From a virus (taxonomy: Duplodnaviria; Caudoviricetes), in the IMG/VR virus record IMGVR_UViG_3300034053_000021, positions 203 to 64,202 of that record: DNA of 64,000 bases; one strand, 5' to 3'. The notes under the pieces were generated by a model. The model had not been told where the DNA came from. It did no database searches and saw only the letters and a program-made list of their open reading frames with translations. How positions within the stretch are numbered: the stretch's first letter is position 1; every line of letters starts with the position of its first letter. Of the stretch, positions 6,858-14,524 are shown in pieces. A program made the translations under genes and the position numbers.

Positions 6858-7967
6858 TCACAAATAGACAACGTCACCCCACGGCGGGGTATGCTTCTCC
6901 GTCGAGACCCAGATGACTGGGAACTCAGGCGGCACCTCGTCAAACGGGGTCTCCAAGTCAGTCAGCCAGACCATGACCGACGGCTGTACGTCGTGTGCCT
7001 CAACCCAGCGGAACCCGGTACGCAAGTCAGTACCCCCGCCGCCGCAGACCTTGTGGGCGATCGTATCCCCCGGCTCGTACTCGTCCATGCGCTGGACTTT
7101 ACTATCGACATGGAGCACGACGATCTTCTCCGGCGAGCAGTCTTCGCAAATCGCCTGGATCTCAGCGAGAAATTCCGGCGCACGGTCGAACACGGACCCG
7201 CTGGTATCCAGACCAATGACGATAGGCCCCATGCTGGGGTTGTGCATGGCCGGCAGGTAGAGCCCCTGCGCCAAGAACCGCCGTTGCCCGCGGTTCCACG
7301 ACTGGTCGTCCTTGCGAACCTGAGTCATGAACCTGCGCAGCTCCTCGCGCCAGTCAACCTTGGGCTTGAGGACTTCGTCGACTAGATCCGCCAGCGCGCC
7401 CGGCAGCTTGCCCATGGCCTTGGCCGCGTTGGCAGCCTGCTTGATCTTGATCTTCGTCTCCGCCTCGGCTTGCGCCTGCTGCGCCGCATCGCCGGGCGCT
7501 GGCATGCAGTCATCGAACTGATCGCCCGACATAGTGCCCTGCCCACCGCCGCCCTGACCCTGATCGTCGGGCATGAGGTTGTAGATTTCCTCGAACGACT
7601 TGCCACGGTACGCAGGTGAATCGAGATGCCCGGCCGGCAGGTCGAAGCCTGACGCCTTGATGATATGATTGATCGCCTCGTCCATGGCACGGTTGGCCTT
7701 GCGCGGCTCGCGGTTCCCCCGCCGATAGGGGTGTAGGTACGCCACATGGGATACCTCATGAACCAACACCCCGCAGACCTCGTCGACGGACCACTTCATC
7801 ACCGCGCCCGGATGAAACCATATCGTCTTACCATCGGTCGCCATCGTGGGTGGGTTGAGCGTGGCGCTCTCGACAATAGGCATACCTAACAACAGACTGG
7901 CAAAAAAGGGAGACCGAAGCACGATCCGCGACTTAGCTTTCGCGATTTTCTGCATAGCTTCTGACAT
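6858..7967 (-). CDS. VWA-like / putative metallopeptidase (DUF2201-type)
   Basis: PTMATDG; HEVSH (HExxH); GQGGG linker; DTSGS MIDAS; GGGTD. Confidence 0.9.
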   Translation of the reverse strand: MSEAMQKIAKAKSRIVLRSPFFASLLLGMPIVESATLNPPTMATDGKTIWFHPGAVMKWSVDEVCGVLVHEVSHVAYLHPYRRGNREPRKANRAMDEAINHIIKASGFDLPAGHLDSPAYRGKSFEEIYNLMPDDQGQGGGGQGTMSGDQFDDCMPAPGDAAQQAQAEAETKIKIKQAANAAKAMGKLPGALADLVDEVLKPKVDWREELRRFMTQVRKDDQSWNRGQRRFLAQGLYLPAMHNPSMGPIVIGLDTSGSVFDRAPEFLAEIQAICEDCSPEKIVVLHVDSKVQRMDEYEPGDTIAHKVCGGGGTDLRTGFRWVEAHDVQPSVMVWLTDLETPFDEVPPEFPVIWVSTEKHTPPWGDVVYL

Positions 7968-7977
7968 GAAAAACTCC

Positions 7978-8005
7978 TTGACAAAGATTTATACATCTCT
8001 ATATT
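7978..8005 (+). promoter_or_regulatory. Sigma70-like promoter for the GIY-YIG gene
   Basis: TTGACA-16-TATATT. Confidence 0.65.
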
Positions 8006-8011
8006 GCACCC

Positions 8012-8776
8012 ATGGACAAATTCTACATCTACATCCACAAGCGCCCAAACGGCGAACCTTTCTACGTTGGGAAAGGTAAAGGTCGCCGGGCCTACGTGCT
8101 TCGCCGTGCGTTGAATCCTTGGTACAACAACATCGTCGACAAGTACGGGGCTGCCTCCATAATTATCGAGGTGATCCCCTGTGCATCTGAAGCCGAGGCG
8201 TTCGCATTGGAGTGCGCCAAGATCACGGAGCTACGTGCCGCCGGCCACGAGATTTGTAACCTCACAGCAGGAGGCGAAGGTACTGCGGGCCGCGCCTGTT
8301 CCGAAGAGACCAAAGCCAAGATACGGTTGGCCAATAGTGGGCGTACCACATCCGATGAAGCCCGAGCGAAAATGTCAGCTACTCGCAAGGGTAGAACCCT
8401 GACCGCCGAGCACAAAGCCAAGATAGGTGCAGCGCACAAAGGCAAACTTATATCGGAATCCACAAGAGCGAAGATGCGCTTGATTAACGTGGGGCGTACC
8501 AAGTCTGACGAACTACGCGCTGCAATGTCCCTCGCCAGAAAAGGGCGGAAGCGTAGTCCTGAATCCGTGGCCAAGACTGCTGAAGGGTTGCGCGGCAAGG
8601 CGCGGCCAGACGAGGTCAAACAAAAGGTGTCTGCTTCGCTCAAGGTATTGTGGGCTGACCCTGAGTACCGTGCCAAAATGATAGCCGCTCGCAAGCGTAA
8701 GGAGATAGAGAATCGCGAAGCGGCATTAGCACAGTGGAAACTCGACAATCCTTCGCTTGCCGCCAAACTACTGTAG
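8012..8776 (+). CDS. GIY-YIG homing endonuclease with NUMOD3 repeats
   Basis: FYIYIH..P.GEPFYVGKG..RRA; NLTAGGEG; repeated SEETKAKI/TAEHKAKI. Confidence 0.9.
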   Translation: MDKFYIYIHKRPNGEPFYVGKGKGRRAYVLRRALNPWYNNIVDKYGAASIIIEVIPCASEAEAFALECAKITELRAAGHEICNLTAGGEGTAGRACSEETKAKIRLANSGRTTSDEARAKMSATRKGRTLTAEHKAKIGAAHKGKLISESTRAKMRLINVGRTKSDELRAAMSLARKGRKRSPESVAKTAEGLRGKARPDEVKQKVSASLKVLWADPEYRAKMIAARKRKEIENREAALAQWKLDNPSLAAKLL

Positions 8777-8914
8777 ATCATGACCCTCTCCCTTCACGTT
8801 CAACTCCAGTCGGTCGGCCAGCTTGCACAGCCGGGTCTCGGTCCGGGCCACTCGTTGCTGCATGTCCTTGACGCGGGACAGCAGCTCGGCCAGCAGTTCG
8901 TAGATGATGTTCAT
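8768..8914 (-). CDS. Small coiled-coil protein (48 aa)
   Basis: MNIIYELLAELLSRVKDMQQRV...; ATGA-coupled. Confidence 0.6.
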   Translation of the reverse strand: MNIIYELLAELLSRVKDMQQRVARTETRLCKLADRLELNVKGEGHDLQ

Positions 8915-9270
8915 GATGCGTCCTTTGCTTTCAAATACTGGGTATATGTCTCAGGCTCGTAGCCCTCGACGACGGCAGCCTTGGTCTTGAGGTAGTCGAG
9001 ATACCCCTTGCGCTTGCCCTCATCCGTCGGACAGTCGGCGATGAACGGCCCCTCCAGCGGCTGCATGTTGAAGTCCATCTTCTTAGGCATGAGGATGCCA
9101 TACGGGATACCTGTCACGTTCTCGGTATCTACCTTGGTCGCGCCGGACTTGACGAGCAGGGTGATGATCTGACTTGCCGCATCGACGGGCAGGACGTACT
9201 TACCGTACCAACCCACGGACAACATGACGAGGTCGTCGGATTGTCCACCTGATGTAGTATGTTTAGTCAT
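8911..9270 (-). CDS. Hypothetical protein
   Basis: Start MTKHTT (GAGG SD). Confidence 0.7.
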   Translation of the reverse strand: MTKHTTSGGQSDDLVMLSVGWYGKYVLPVDAASQIITLLVKSGATKVDTENVTGIPYGILMPKKMDFNMQPLEGPFIADCPTDEGKRKGYLDYLKTKAAVVEGYEPETYTQYLKAKDAS

Positions 9271-9469
9271 GACTCGCCTCATCCCATCTGGAGTGCAGCT
9301 CGGCACACATACGCTCAAACGTGACCCCATACGTTTCAACAATAAATTTAGCCAACTGGGCAAACTCATCCGATCCTATCGCTTTAGTTCGGCTAACCAA
9401 CCGCATCGCTCGGATTAGCGCCCAATCTACATCGGTAAGTTGCTCGTATGTTTTGGGGTGAGTACGCAT
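9263..9469 (-). CDS. Small protein, paralog of 12157-12360
   Basis: KTYEQLT..DWALIRAMRLV...TFERMCAEL. Confidence 0.8.
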   Translation of the reverse strand: MRTHPKTYEQLTDVDWALIRAMRLVSRTKAIGSDEFAQLAKFIVETYGVTFERMCAELHSRWDEASHD

Positions 9470-9534
9470 TTCAATCTCCTAAGTAAGTGCCGCTGGACCG
9501 CAGCGGCTACGGGTTTTGTGACGGGTGTCACAAA
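9467..9534 (-). promoter_or_regulatory. Repeated 5' leader, copy 2
   Basis: Near-identical to 6753-6821. Confidence 0.8.
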
Positions 9535-9540
9535 CGCAGG

Positions 9541-9861
9541 TTACCAATGGAGTGCAAACCCGAAATTAGTATGCTTCGGACCCTTACCACAATCGTCTAC
9601 CAACGCGCGGGGAACATATTCTTCGCCATAACGACAGAACTGCACCCTGTAGCCTAACGCATGCAACTTGTCCATAACCTGAGATTGCAACTGCGTTGGC
9701 TTAACGCTACGGTGCGTTTCCTCTGAGCCAAGAAGAAAGAACACGTTACATCTACCTTCGTTAGCAGCGTTTATGATGACGGGTTCAATTTGAAGCAGTT
9801 GCTTCTCCGCTTCTGCACCCGAACGATCGTATAACGCTCTGGCGTCTCTTGCGGGTATCAT
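9541..9861 (-). CDS. Hypothetical protein
   Basis: 106-aa ORF with GGAG SD. Confidence 0.7.
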   Translation of the reverse strand: MIPARDARALYDRSGAEAEKQLLQIEPVIINAANEGRCNVFFLLGSEETHRSVKPTQLQSQVMDKLHALGYRVQFCRYGEEYVPRALVDDCGKGPKHTNFGFALHW

Positions 9862-9867
9862 GATCGT

Positions 9868-10926
9868 TTACTCCTGCCACACGCCAGCGTTGGCCACTGC
9901 CCACTTACTGAACGCTGCGGTCATATTCGCCTTGGGCTCGCGGCGTATCGCATCCTTGATGAGCAGCATCGAGAACTCCTGCGGCAGCCGGGCGCTGTAC
10001 TCCACGAGCTGGCCAAAGTTACCCTTGGTGCAGCGCGATGCCAGCGCAGCGCATGTCGAGTACAGGACATCCGGCCGCGTCGGCACCGGAGCATTGGTCG
10101 GGTCCATCAGGATGCCGTCTATCGACGGCATGTCTTCCCATACCCGCATGAACGCCTCCAGTTCGGTCGCCACGCCTTCGCCGATCGTACCGGAGAGCAG
10201 CACCCAACGCAGGTTCGCGGCGTCGGCAGACTGACTGACCTTAGGGAACTCGGACACGATCTCGCATGCAGTCTCCCAACTGCGCGGAGTGGCAAACGCG
10301 ACGTCGGCCTTGCTTGGATCAAATGTGTTCAGTAGGTCCGGCTTGAACCTCAGGAATGCGATCGGTAGTGCATCGAGCCCCTTGACGAAGGCGTAGCTGC
10401 ACCAGTCGTCAAGGCTAGGCACCAACTCCACATGGGTAAACCGATTGGCCAGCGGAGTCGCCATACGATGCGCCCCGCCGCGATCCACCTGCCGGTTGGA
10501 TGCCGCCACGATCCGCACGTTGGGTAAAAGTGCATGCTCGCCGCAGCGACGATCGAGAACCAGCTGGAACGCGACAGACTGAACCGCAGGCATGGCTTGC
10601 ATGATCTCGTCCATGAACAGCCAGATGGTCTTACCCGACTTCGGGCCGGACTTGTCGTTGTCGAACGCCGGGTTACCGATAAACGGCAGGATAGCCGGCG
10701 GATTCCACACGGTCTGGTTCTTGGACACCGAAGGTACGCCACGCATGTCGACCGCATCGAAATTGGCGAGCCTGATGTCCACGATTACATCGGCGTTGTC
10801 CTGTGCCAGCTGGTTGATGATGCTGGACTTACCAATACCAGGACTTGACCAGATCATGAGCGGCTTGTCCAGCTTTGCAGACAGGGTGATGGCCTTGGAC
10901 AACAGATTCGGGGTGAGTTGTTGCAT
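9868..10926 (-). CDS. MoxR-like AAA+ ATPase
   Basis: SSPGIGKS Walker A; LFMDE Walker B; AASN; PLANRF arginine finger. Confidence 0.92.
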   Translation of the reverse strand: MQQLTPNLLSKAITLSAKLDKPLMIWSSPGIGKSSIINQLAQDNADVIVDIRLANFDAVDMRGVPSVSKNQTVWNPPAILPFIGNPAFDNDKSGPKSGKTIWLFMDEIMQAMPAVQSVAFQLVLDRRCGEHALLPNVRIVAASNRQVDRGGAHRMATPLANRFTHVELVPSLDDWCSYAFVKGLDALPIAFLRFKPDLLNTFDPSKADVAFATPRSWETACEIVSEFPKVSQSADAANLRWVLLSGTIGEGVATELEAFMRVWEDMPSIDGILMDPTNAPVPTRPDVLYSTCAALASRCTKGNFGQLVEYSARLPQEFSMLLIKDAIRREPKANMTAAFSKWAVANAGVWQE

Positions 10927-10948
10927 GGTGATACTCCTTTAAGTAAGT

Positions 10949-10978
10949 GGACGTTCTGACGGAATTGTCAGGTTGTCC
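10949..10978. repeat. 12-6-12 palindrome, copy 2
   Basis: GGACGTTCTGAC-GGAATT-GTCAGGTTGTCC, immediately upstream of the AAA gene SD. Confidence 0.8.
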
Positions 10979-11099
10979 GGGTTGATGCAAGAAAGAACAC
11001 TGTTTCGAAATCGTCGCCGGTGGCAACCACGCCGGCATGCGCAAGGTTGCCGTAGCCGTTGCCGTTGCCGTCGCCGTCGCCGTTGCCTCTCCAGAACAC
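10968..11099 (-). CDS. Possible GNGDG-repeat peptide (43 aa, GTG start)
   Basis: VFWRGNGDGDGNGNGYGNL...; in frame with the upstream gene after a TAG. Confidence 0.45.
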   Translation of the reverse strand: MFWRGNGDGDGNGNGYGNLAHAGVVATGDDFETVFFLASTRTT

Positions 11100-11114
11100 G
11101 TCAGTTACCCCAGC

Positions 11115-11282
11115 CTAAGTGAAGTCCAGCCCAAGCTGTCGCGGGACCACATGCGGCAACAGGCTCAATCCGACGAATTCGCCGGACCGGGTGACCCGCA
11201 CACGGTCGGACATCAGCGCTTCATACAGCGCACATGCCCACATGCACCGACGGTGGCAGTATTCTTTATGTGTCAGTTTCAT
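11115..11282 (-). CDS. Small protein (55 aa), paralog of 11846-11979
   Basis: MKLTHKEYCHRRCMW...SGEFVGLSLLPHV; AAGGAGG SD. Confidence 0.7.
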   Translation of the reverse strand: MKLTHKEYCHRRCMWACALYEALMSDRVRVTRSGEFVGLSLLPHVVPRQLGLDFT

Positions 11283-11317
11283 GGCTCAGTCCTCCTTTAA
11301 ATAAATGTGTGGCTGTT

Positions 11318-11347
11318 GGACACTCTGACCAACGTGTCGGGTTGTCC
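11318..11347. repeat. 12-6-12 palindrome, copy 3
   Basis: GGACACTCTGAC-CAACGT-GTCGGGTTGTCC. Confidence 0.75.
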
Positions 11348-11351
11348 GACG

Positions 11352-11642
11352 TTACTTCGTTTTATGCTCGCGCTCAAAATCTCCGAACCCCTCGATCTTG
11401 TCGATCGCGATCCTGTAATACCCGCTCGGGACGCGTTCTGCATTCCCCCACTTATTGGTAGAAAACTCGCCGGTCTCGAACACCCACATAGCGTCCTCCA
11501 GTACGATGTACTTTTCCATCTCTACATCAACGACGCGCCCCGTATATGCAAATGAATCGCAGTTGAAATACAGCGCATGCCCCATAACCTCAGCGCATGC
11601 CGCACGATCCATAAAGTACTGCTTGAGTGTTTGCTTTGTCAT
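11352..11642 (-). CDS. Small beta-rich protein (possibly Sm-like fold)
   Basis: YTGRVVDVE..YIVLEDAMWVFETGEF; preceded by leader copy 3. Confidence 0.7.
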   Translation of the reverse strand: MTKQTLKQYFMDRAACAEVMGHALYFNCDSFAYTGRVVDVEMEKYIVLEDAMWVFETGEFSTNKWGNAERVPSGYYRIAIDKIEGFGDFEREHKTK

Positions 11643-11645
11643 GTG

Positions 11646-11685
11646 AATCTCCTAAGTAAGTGCCGCTGGCCCGCAGCGACTACGG
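11646..11685 (-). promoter_or_regulatory. Repeated 5' leader, copy 3 (partial)
   Basis: AATCTCCTAAGTAAGTGCCGCTGGCCCGCAGCGACTACGG. Confidence 0.75.
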
Positions 11686-11693
11686 TTATTTCT

Positions 11694-11849
11694 TCAGTCC
11701 CTTCCGGCCCAAGCCCAAGCCCCAGCCCTAGCCCCAGCCCCAGCCCCAGCCCCAGCCCGAGCCCTAGCCCGAGCCCTAGCCCGAGCCCTAGCCCCAGCCC
11801 CAGCCCTAGCCCTAGTGTGGAACATCCGACGGTATCGTTTAGGTGTCAT
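11694..11849 (-). CDS. (R/G/W)-A dipeptide-repeat peptide (51 aa)
   Basis: MTPKRYRRMFHT-RARAGAGARA...WAWAGRD, encoded by an (NGGGCT)n tract; ATGA-coupled. Confidence 0.6.
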   Translation of the reverse strand: MTPKRYRRMFHTRARAGAGARARARARARARAGAGAGAGARAGAWAWAGRD

Positions 11850-11979
11850 GGCACAGTGCGAAGAAGTCGAGGGTTTACGTGATCCAGCAACGACAACCCG
11901 ATGAATGTGCCAGACTTGGCGGTCCGGACGCTGTCCACATGGCGCGACGGTGCAGGTACTGCTGATGCGTTCGGGTCAT
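11846..11979 (-). pseudogene. Frameshifted paralog of 11115-11282
   Basis: MTRTHQQYLHRRAMW, then in another frame DSVRTAKSGTFIGLSLLDHVNPR; about 31 nt missing. Confidence 0.65.
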
Positions 11980-11982
11980 GGC

Positions 11983-12144
11983 TCAGTCCTCCTCGTCGAG
12001 ACCATAGACCGCCAGCACGATGGCCAGCAGGAGAATACCGACCACGACAGTGACAAGCCCCGCCGCCGGGGTCACGGTGCCGAAGGTCGCGCCGGTCAGG
12101 ATGATGGTCAGCGCTGCGGCATACAAGATAGTTTTGATGGACAT
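11983..12144 (-). CDS. Small two-TM membrane protein (53 aa)
   Basis: MSIKTILYAAALTIILTG...GILLLAIVLAVYGLDEED; GGAG SD. Confidence 0.65.
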   Translation of the reverse strand: MSIKTILYAAALTIILTGATFGTVTPAAGLVTVVVGILLLAIVLAVYGLDEED

Positions 12145-12156
12145 GTCAATCTCCAA

Positions 12157-12360
12157 CTAGTTGCAGGTAACAGGGCCAAGCTCGGCGTACAGCTCACTGC
12201 ACATGCGCTCGAAGGTCTTACGCTCGATATTGGTGTAGGTCCAGTCCATCAATTTGTAGAACTCTTGCGAGTAGCACCGCGTAGTGCCTGCCACCAGTCG
12301 CAGGGCGCGGACAAGCGCCCAGTCGTGGGCAGTGAGTTGGTCGTAGGTTTTCTTTGACAT
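12157..12360 (-). CDS. Small protein, paralog of 9263-9469
   Basis: KTYDQLT..DWALVRALRLV...TFERMCSEL. Confidence 0.8.
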   Translation of the reverse strand: MSKKTYDQLTAHDWALVRALRLVAGTTRCYSQEFYKLMDWTYTNIERKTFERMCSELYAELGPVTCN

Positions 12361-12393
12361 GATGGACTCCAATCAGTAAGTGAGGGTTTGCCG

Positions 12394-12423
12394 GGACAGC
12401 CTGACATCGGCGTCAGACTGTCC
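12394..12423. repeat. 12-6-12 palindrome, copy 4
   Basis: GGACAGCCTGAC-ATCGGC-GTCAGACTGTCC. Confidence 0.8.
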
Positions 12424-12470
12424 GAACTGCCGGCGGTACGTGCTGCAGGCATTACTCAACTGCAGGTTAC

Positions 12471-12498
12471 ATTATACCATACATGTAGGGGAAGTCAA
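12471..12498 (-). promoter_or_regulatory. Strong sigma70 early promoter
   Basis: TTGACT-16-TATAAT with extended -10 TG. Confidence 0.8.
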
Positions 12499-12505
12499 GC
12501 GGACG

Positions 12506-13027
12506 TCACCGTGCATGCAGGGGTTTCGGGCGCTTGGAACTGCGGACTGTCCGGCGCATCTTGAGCGCGAACGTGACCGACCACGTTTTGAACTGCTTGT
12601 CGTAGGTGAACGTGATCGAGGAGATGTCCAAATCCTCGGGCAGCGGCTCAGGGTTTTCAAACTGTATTGAGGCGCCGGGGTAGCCAGAGGCATAAACCCA
12701 CCCGGCCTCATCTTGGTAAATGGCGCCACGGTTGCTGCTGCGGTAGCGAAAGCTCGACTGTAGTTCAGTATTACATGTATCGAAAGATAAACCTGCCATG
12801 CCGAAATTAACGTAGCCAGACATACGCTCCGCCTCCGGCACGAGATTCGCCAGCCGCTTGCGGTCGAGTCCAAACAGGCTACCCGCCACAGGGTTTTGCT
12901 CGCGCTGCTCCGCCCACGCGTTGCGAATTTTTACGACGGCCACCAAATTCTCATTTAGCCACCGCTGCTGCTCCGGGGTGGTCGTCCGAAGCGTGAAAGT
13001 ACGGGTCACAATATTTGTAGTACTCAT
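12506..13027 (-). CDS. TnpB N-terminal (WED/REC)-like protein lacking RuvC
   Basis: TRTFTLRTTTPEQQRWLNENL..VKIRN, SFR, ISSITFT...WSVTF resemble the IS605 TnpB N-half; ends before the GxDxG RuvC-I motif. Confidence 0.6.
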   Translation of the reverse strand: MSTTNIVTRTFTLRTTTPEQQRWLNENLVAVVKIRNAWAEQREQNPVAGSLFGLDRKRLANLVPEAERMSGYVNFGMAGLSFDTCNTELQSSFRYRSSNRGAIYQDEAGWVYASGYPGASIQFENPEPLPEDLDISSITFTYDKQFKTWSVTFALKMRRTVRSSKRPKPLHAR

Positions 13028-13099
13028 GGTATTTACCTCACATGTGTTAGAAGAGACTACAGTTTACCACATGGCGGATTCAGGGGACCATCAGACTTC

Positions 13100-13700
13100 G
13101 TTATAGTAAGTTCGGCAAAGTTACGGTGCATGGTATGAATAGAACATAGGGAAACGCTACTATAGGTATTGTATAGATACAACGACTATATGTTGTATGA
13201 ATGGCACGAATGGTATGCTTACGACTATCAAAGCGGTATTTAGAGTTTTGGGGGGAGGCTGATCGAGGTTTAACTGTGACGAATGTACTAATACAGTTGT
13301 ATATGTGATGGAAAGAGACGGGGCGCCAGAACGAGACCAAGGGCGGCGGGGTCGCGCGCGTGAAATCCTTGTTTTTCTATTCTATTCATACTATATATAT
13401 TAAGCACAATACATACATAGAGGTGGTTTTTGCCTCTCGTGGACACCCTCCCCCCACTGGTACGGGCACTACTTTGCATGTTCGCCTCAACTAACACATA
13501 TACAAACATCTTAATTGTCGTATATATCGTTAATACATGTTTTAGAAATCTTGTACCGCACTGTCGTACTGTCGTACCTGTACTGTTCGGTCTGTATTAC
13601 TGTTTTAAGTGTCGTTCCCGTTCCCGTTCCCGTTCCCGTTCCCGTTCCCGTTCCGGGTACTATGTCGAATTTCCTACGCGGGACTAAATTCGGTTTTGAA
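13100..13700. other. AT-rich, apparently non-coding region (possible origin or terminus/packaging region)
   Basis: TA-rich runs, short CTGT(C)GTA repeats, no ORF with a convincing SD. Confidence 0.5.
13614..13654. repeat. (GTTCCC)6+ tandem hexamer
   Basis: Six perfect units plus GTTCC. Confidence 0.95.
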
Positions 13701-13723
13701 ACGCGCCGCCAAAATCAGGATGC

Positions 13724-13752
13724 AAAAAAGCCCGGCCATTTCTGACCGGGCT
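13724..13752 (-). terminator. Intrinsic terminator
   Basis: AGCCCGG-loop-CCGGGCT followed by T tract on the minus strand. Confidence 0.75.
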
Positions 13753-13787
13753 GCGATTTTGAAACACGCCGGCATTTTCTGCCGGCC

Positions 13788-13817
13788 GGACATTCTGACT
13801 AGCTAGTCTTTTTGTCG
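13788..13817. repeat. 12-6-12 palindrome, copy 5 (degenerate right arm)
   Basis: GGACATTCTGAC-TAGCTA-GTCTTTTTGTCG. Confidence 0.6.
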
Positions 13818-14443
13818 GATATCTTGCGATTGGGTTTGTTGGCACCTGAAACCTTGGTCACGATCGCACTGGCAAGCGCCGGCCAATCTTCGCAGATTAG
13901 GGTACAGAGTCCGGCCGCGTCGCCCTGCGCGGCAAGGTAAGCAATGCGCTGTGCCAGTGGATTCGCGGTTTTCACTTTGGCTAGTACGTTCTTCGTCATC
14001 GTGGCCGCATCCGCCTTGGCGGACTTCTCGGCCACCTTGGCTTTCACCTTGAGCGCATCGGCCGCTGTAATGTCACCGGCGGCCGCCAGTGCGGCTAATT
14101 TGTCGGTGGATAGCGTGGCAGCTTGCGCGATTTTTGCAGCCGCAGCTTTGCGACTTTCCGCCTTATCTGCGGCCGCTTTGCTCGGGGCTTTTGGCTTTTC
14201 TAGTCCGAATTCGGCCGACATGCGCGCGGCAACTCGAGACCACGCTTTGGCGCCGCCGTCGGCTTGTGGCCGCACTGCACAATATGCAGCTTGGAATTCC
14301 GCGCGGATTTTTTCCCAATCGGCAAACGTGGGCGCAGTGCCTATAGCGTGCGCGACGCCAGCGATAGCAGTAGCAGCCTCAACTTCGGAGCGAGCGAATA
14401 CGGCGCCGGATTCGGCAACAGTCAAGAATTTAGCGGTTGTCAT
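13799..14443 (-). CDS. Ala/Lys-rich hypothetical early protein
   Basis: Start MTTAKFL (AAAGGA SD). Confidence 0.75.
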   Translation of the reverse strand: MTTAKFLTVAESGAVFARSEVEAATAIAGVAHAIGTAPTFADWEKIRAEFQAAYCAVRPQADGGAKAWSRVAARMSAEFGLEKPKAPSKAAADKAESRKAAAAKIAQAATLSTDKLAALAAAGDITAADALKVKAKVAEKSAKADAATMTKNVLAKVKTANPLAQRIAYLAAQGDAAGLCTLICEDWPALASAIVTKVSGANKPNRKISDKKTS

Positions 14444-14524
14444 GATGGTTTCCTTTAGTAAGTCGATATAGAACAGTTCCATACCGTGAGACCATTATGC
14501 CCTATATGTGGGGTAATGTCAATG

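Noticed and set aside
8092-8781. 229-aa - strand ORF with an apparent SD
   Set aside because: It is the exact antisense of the GIY-YIG gene; the SD-ATG is better explained as a remnant of the pre-insertion junction.
13614-13654. GTTCCC repeats as a CRISPR array or coding repeat
   Set aside because: No spacers, and no start codon with SD in the frames read.
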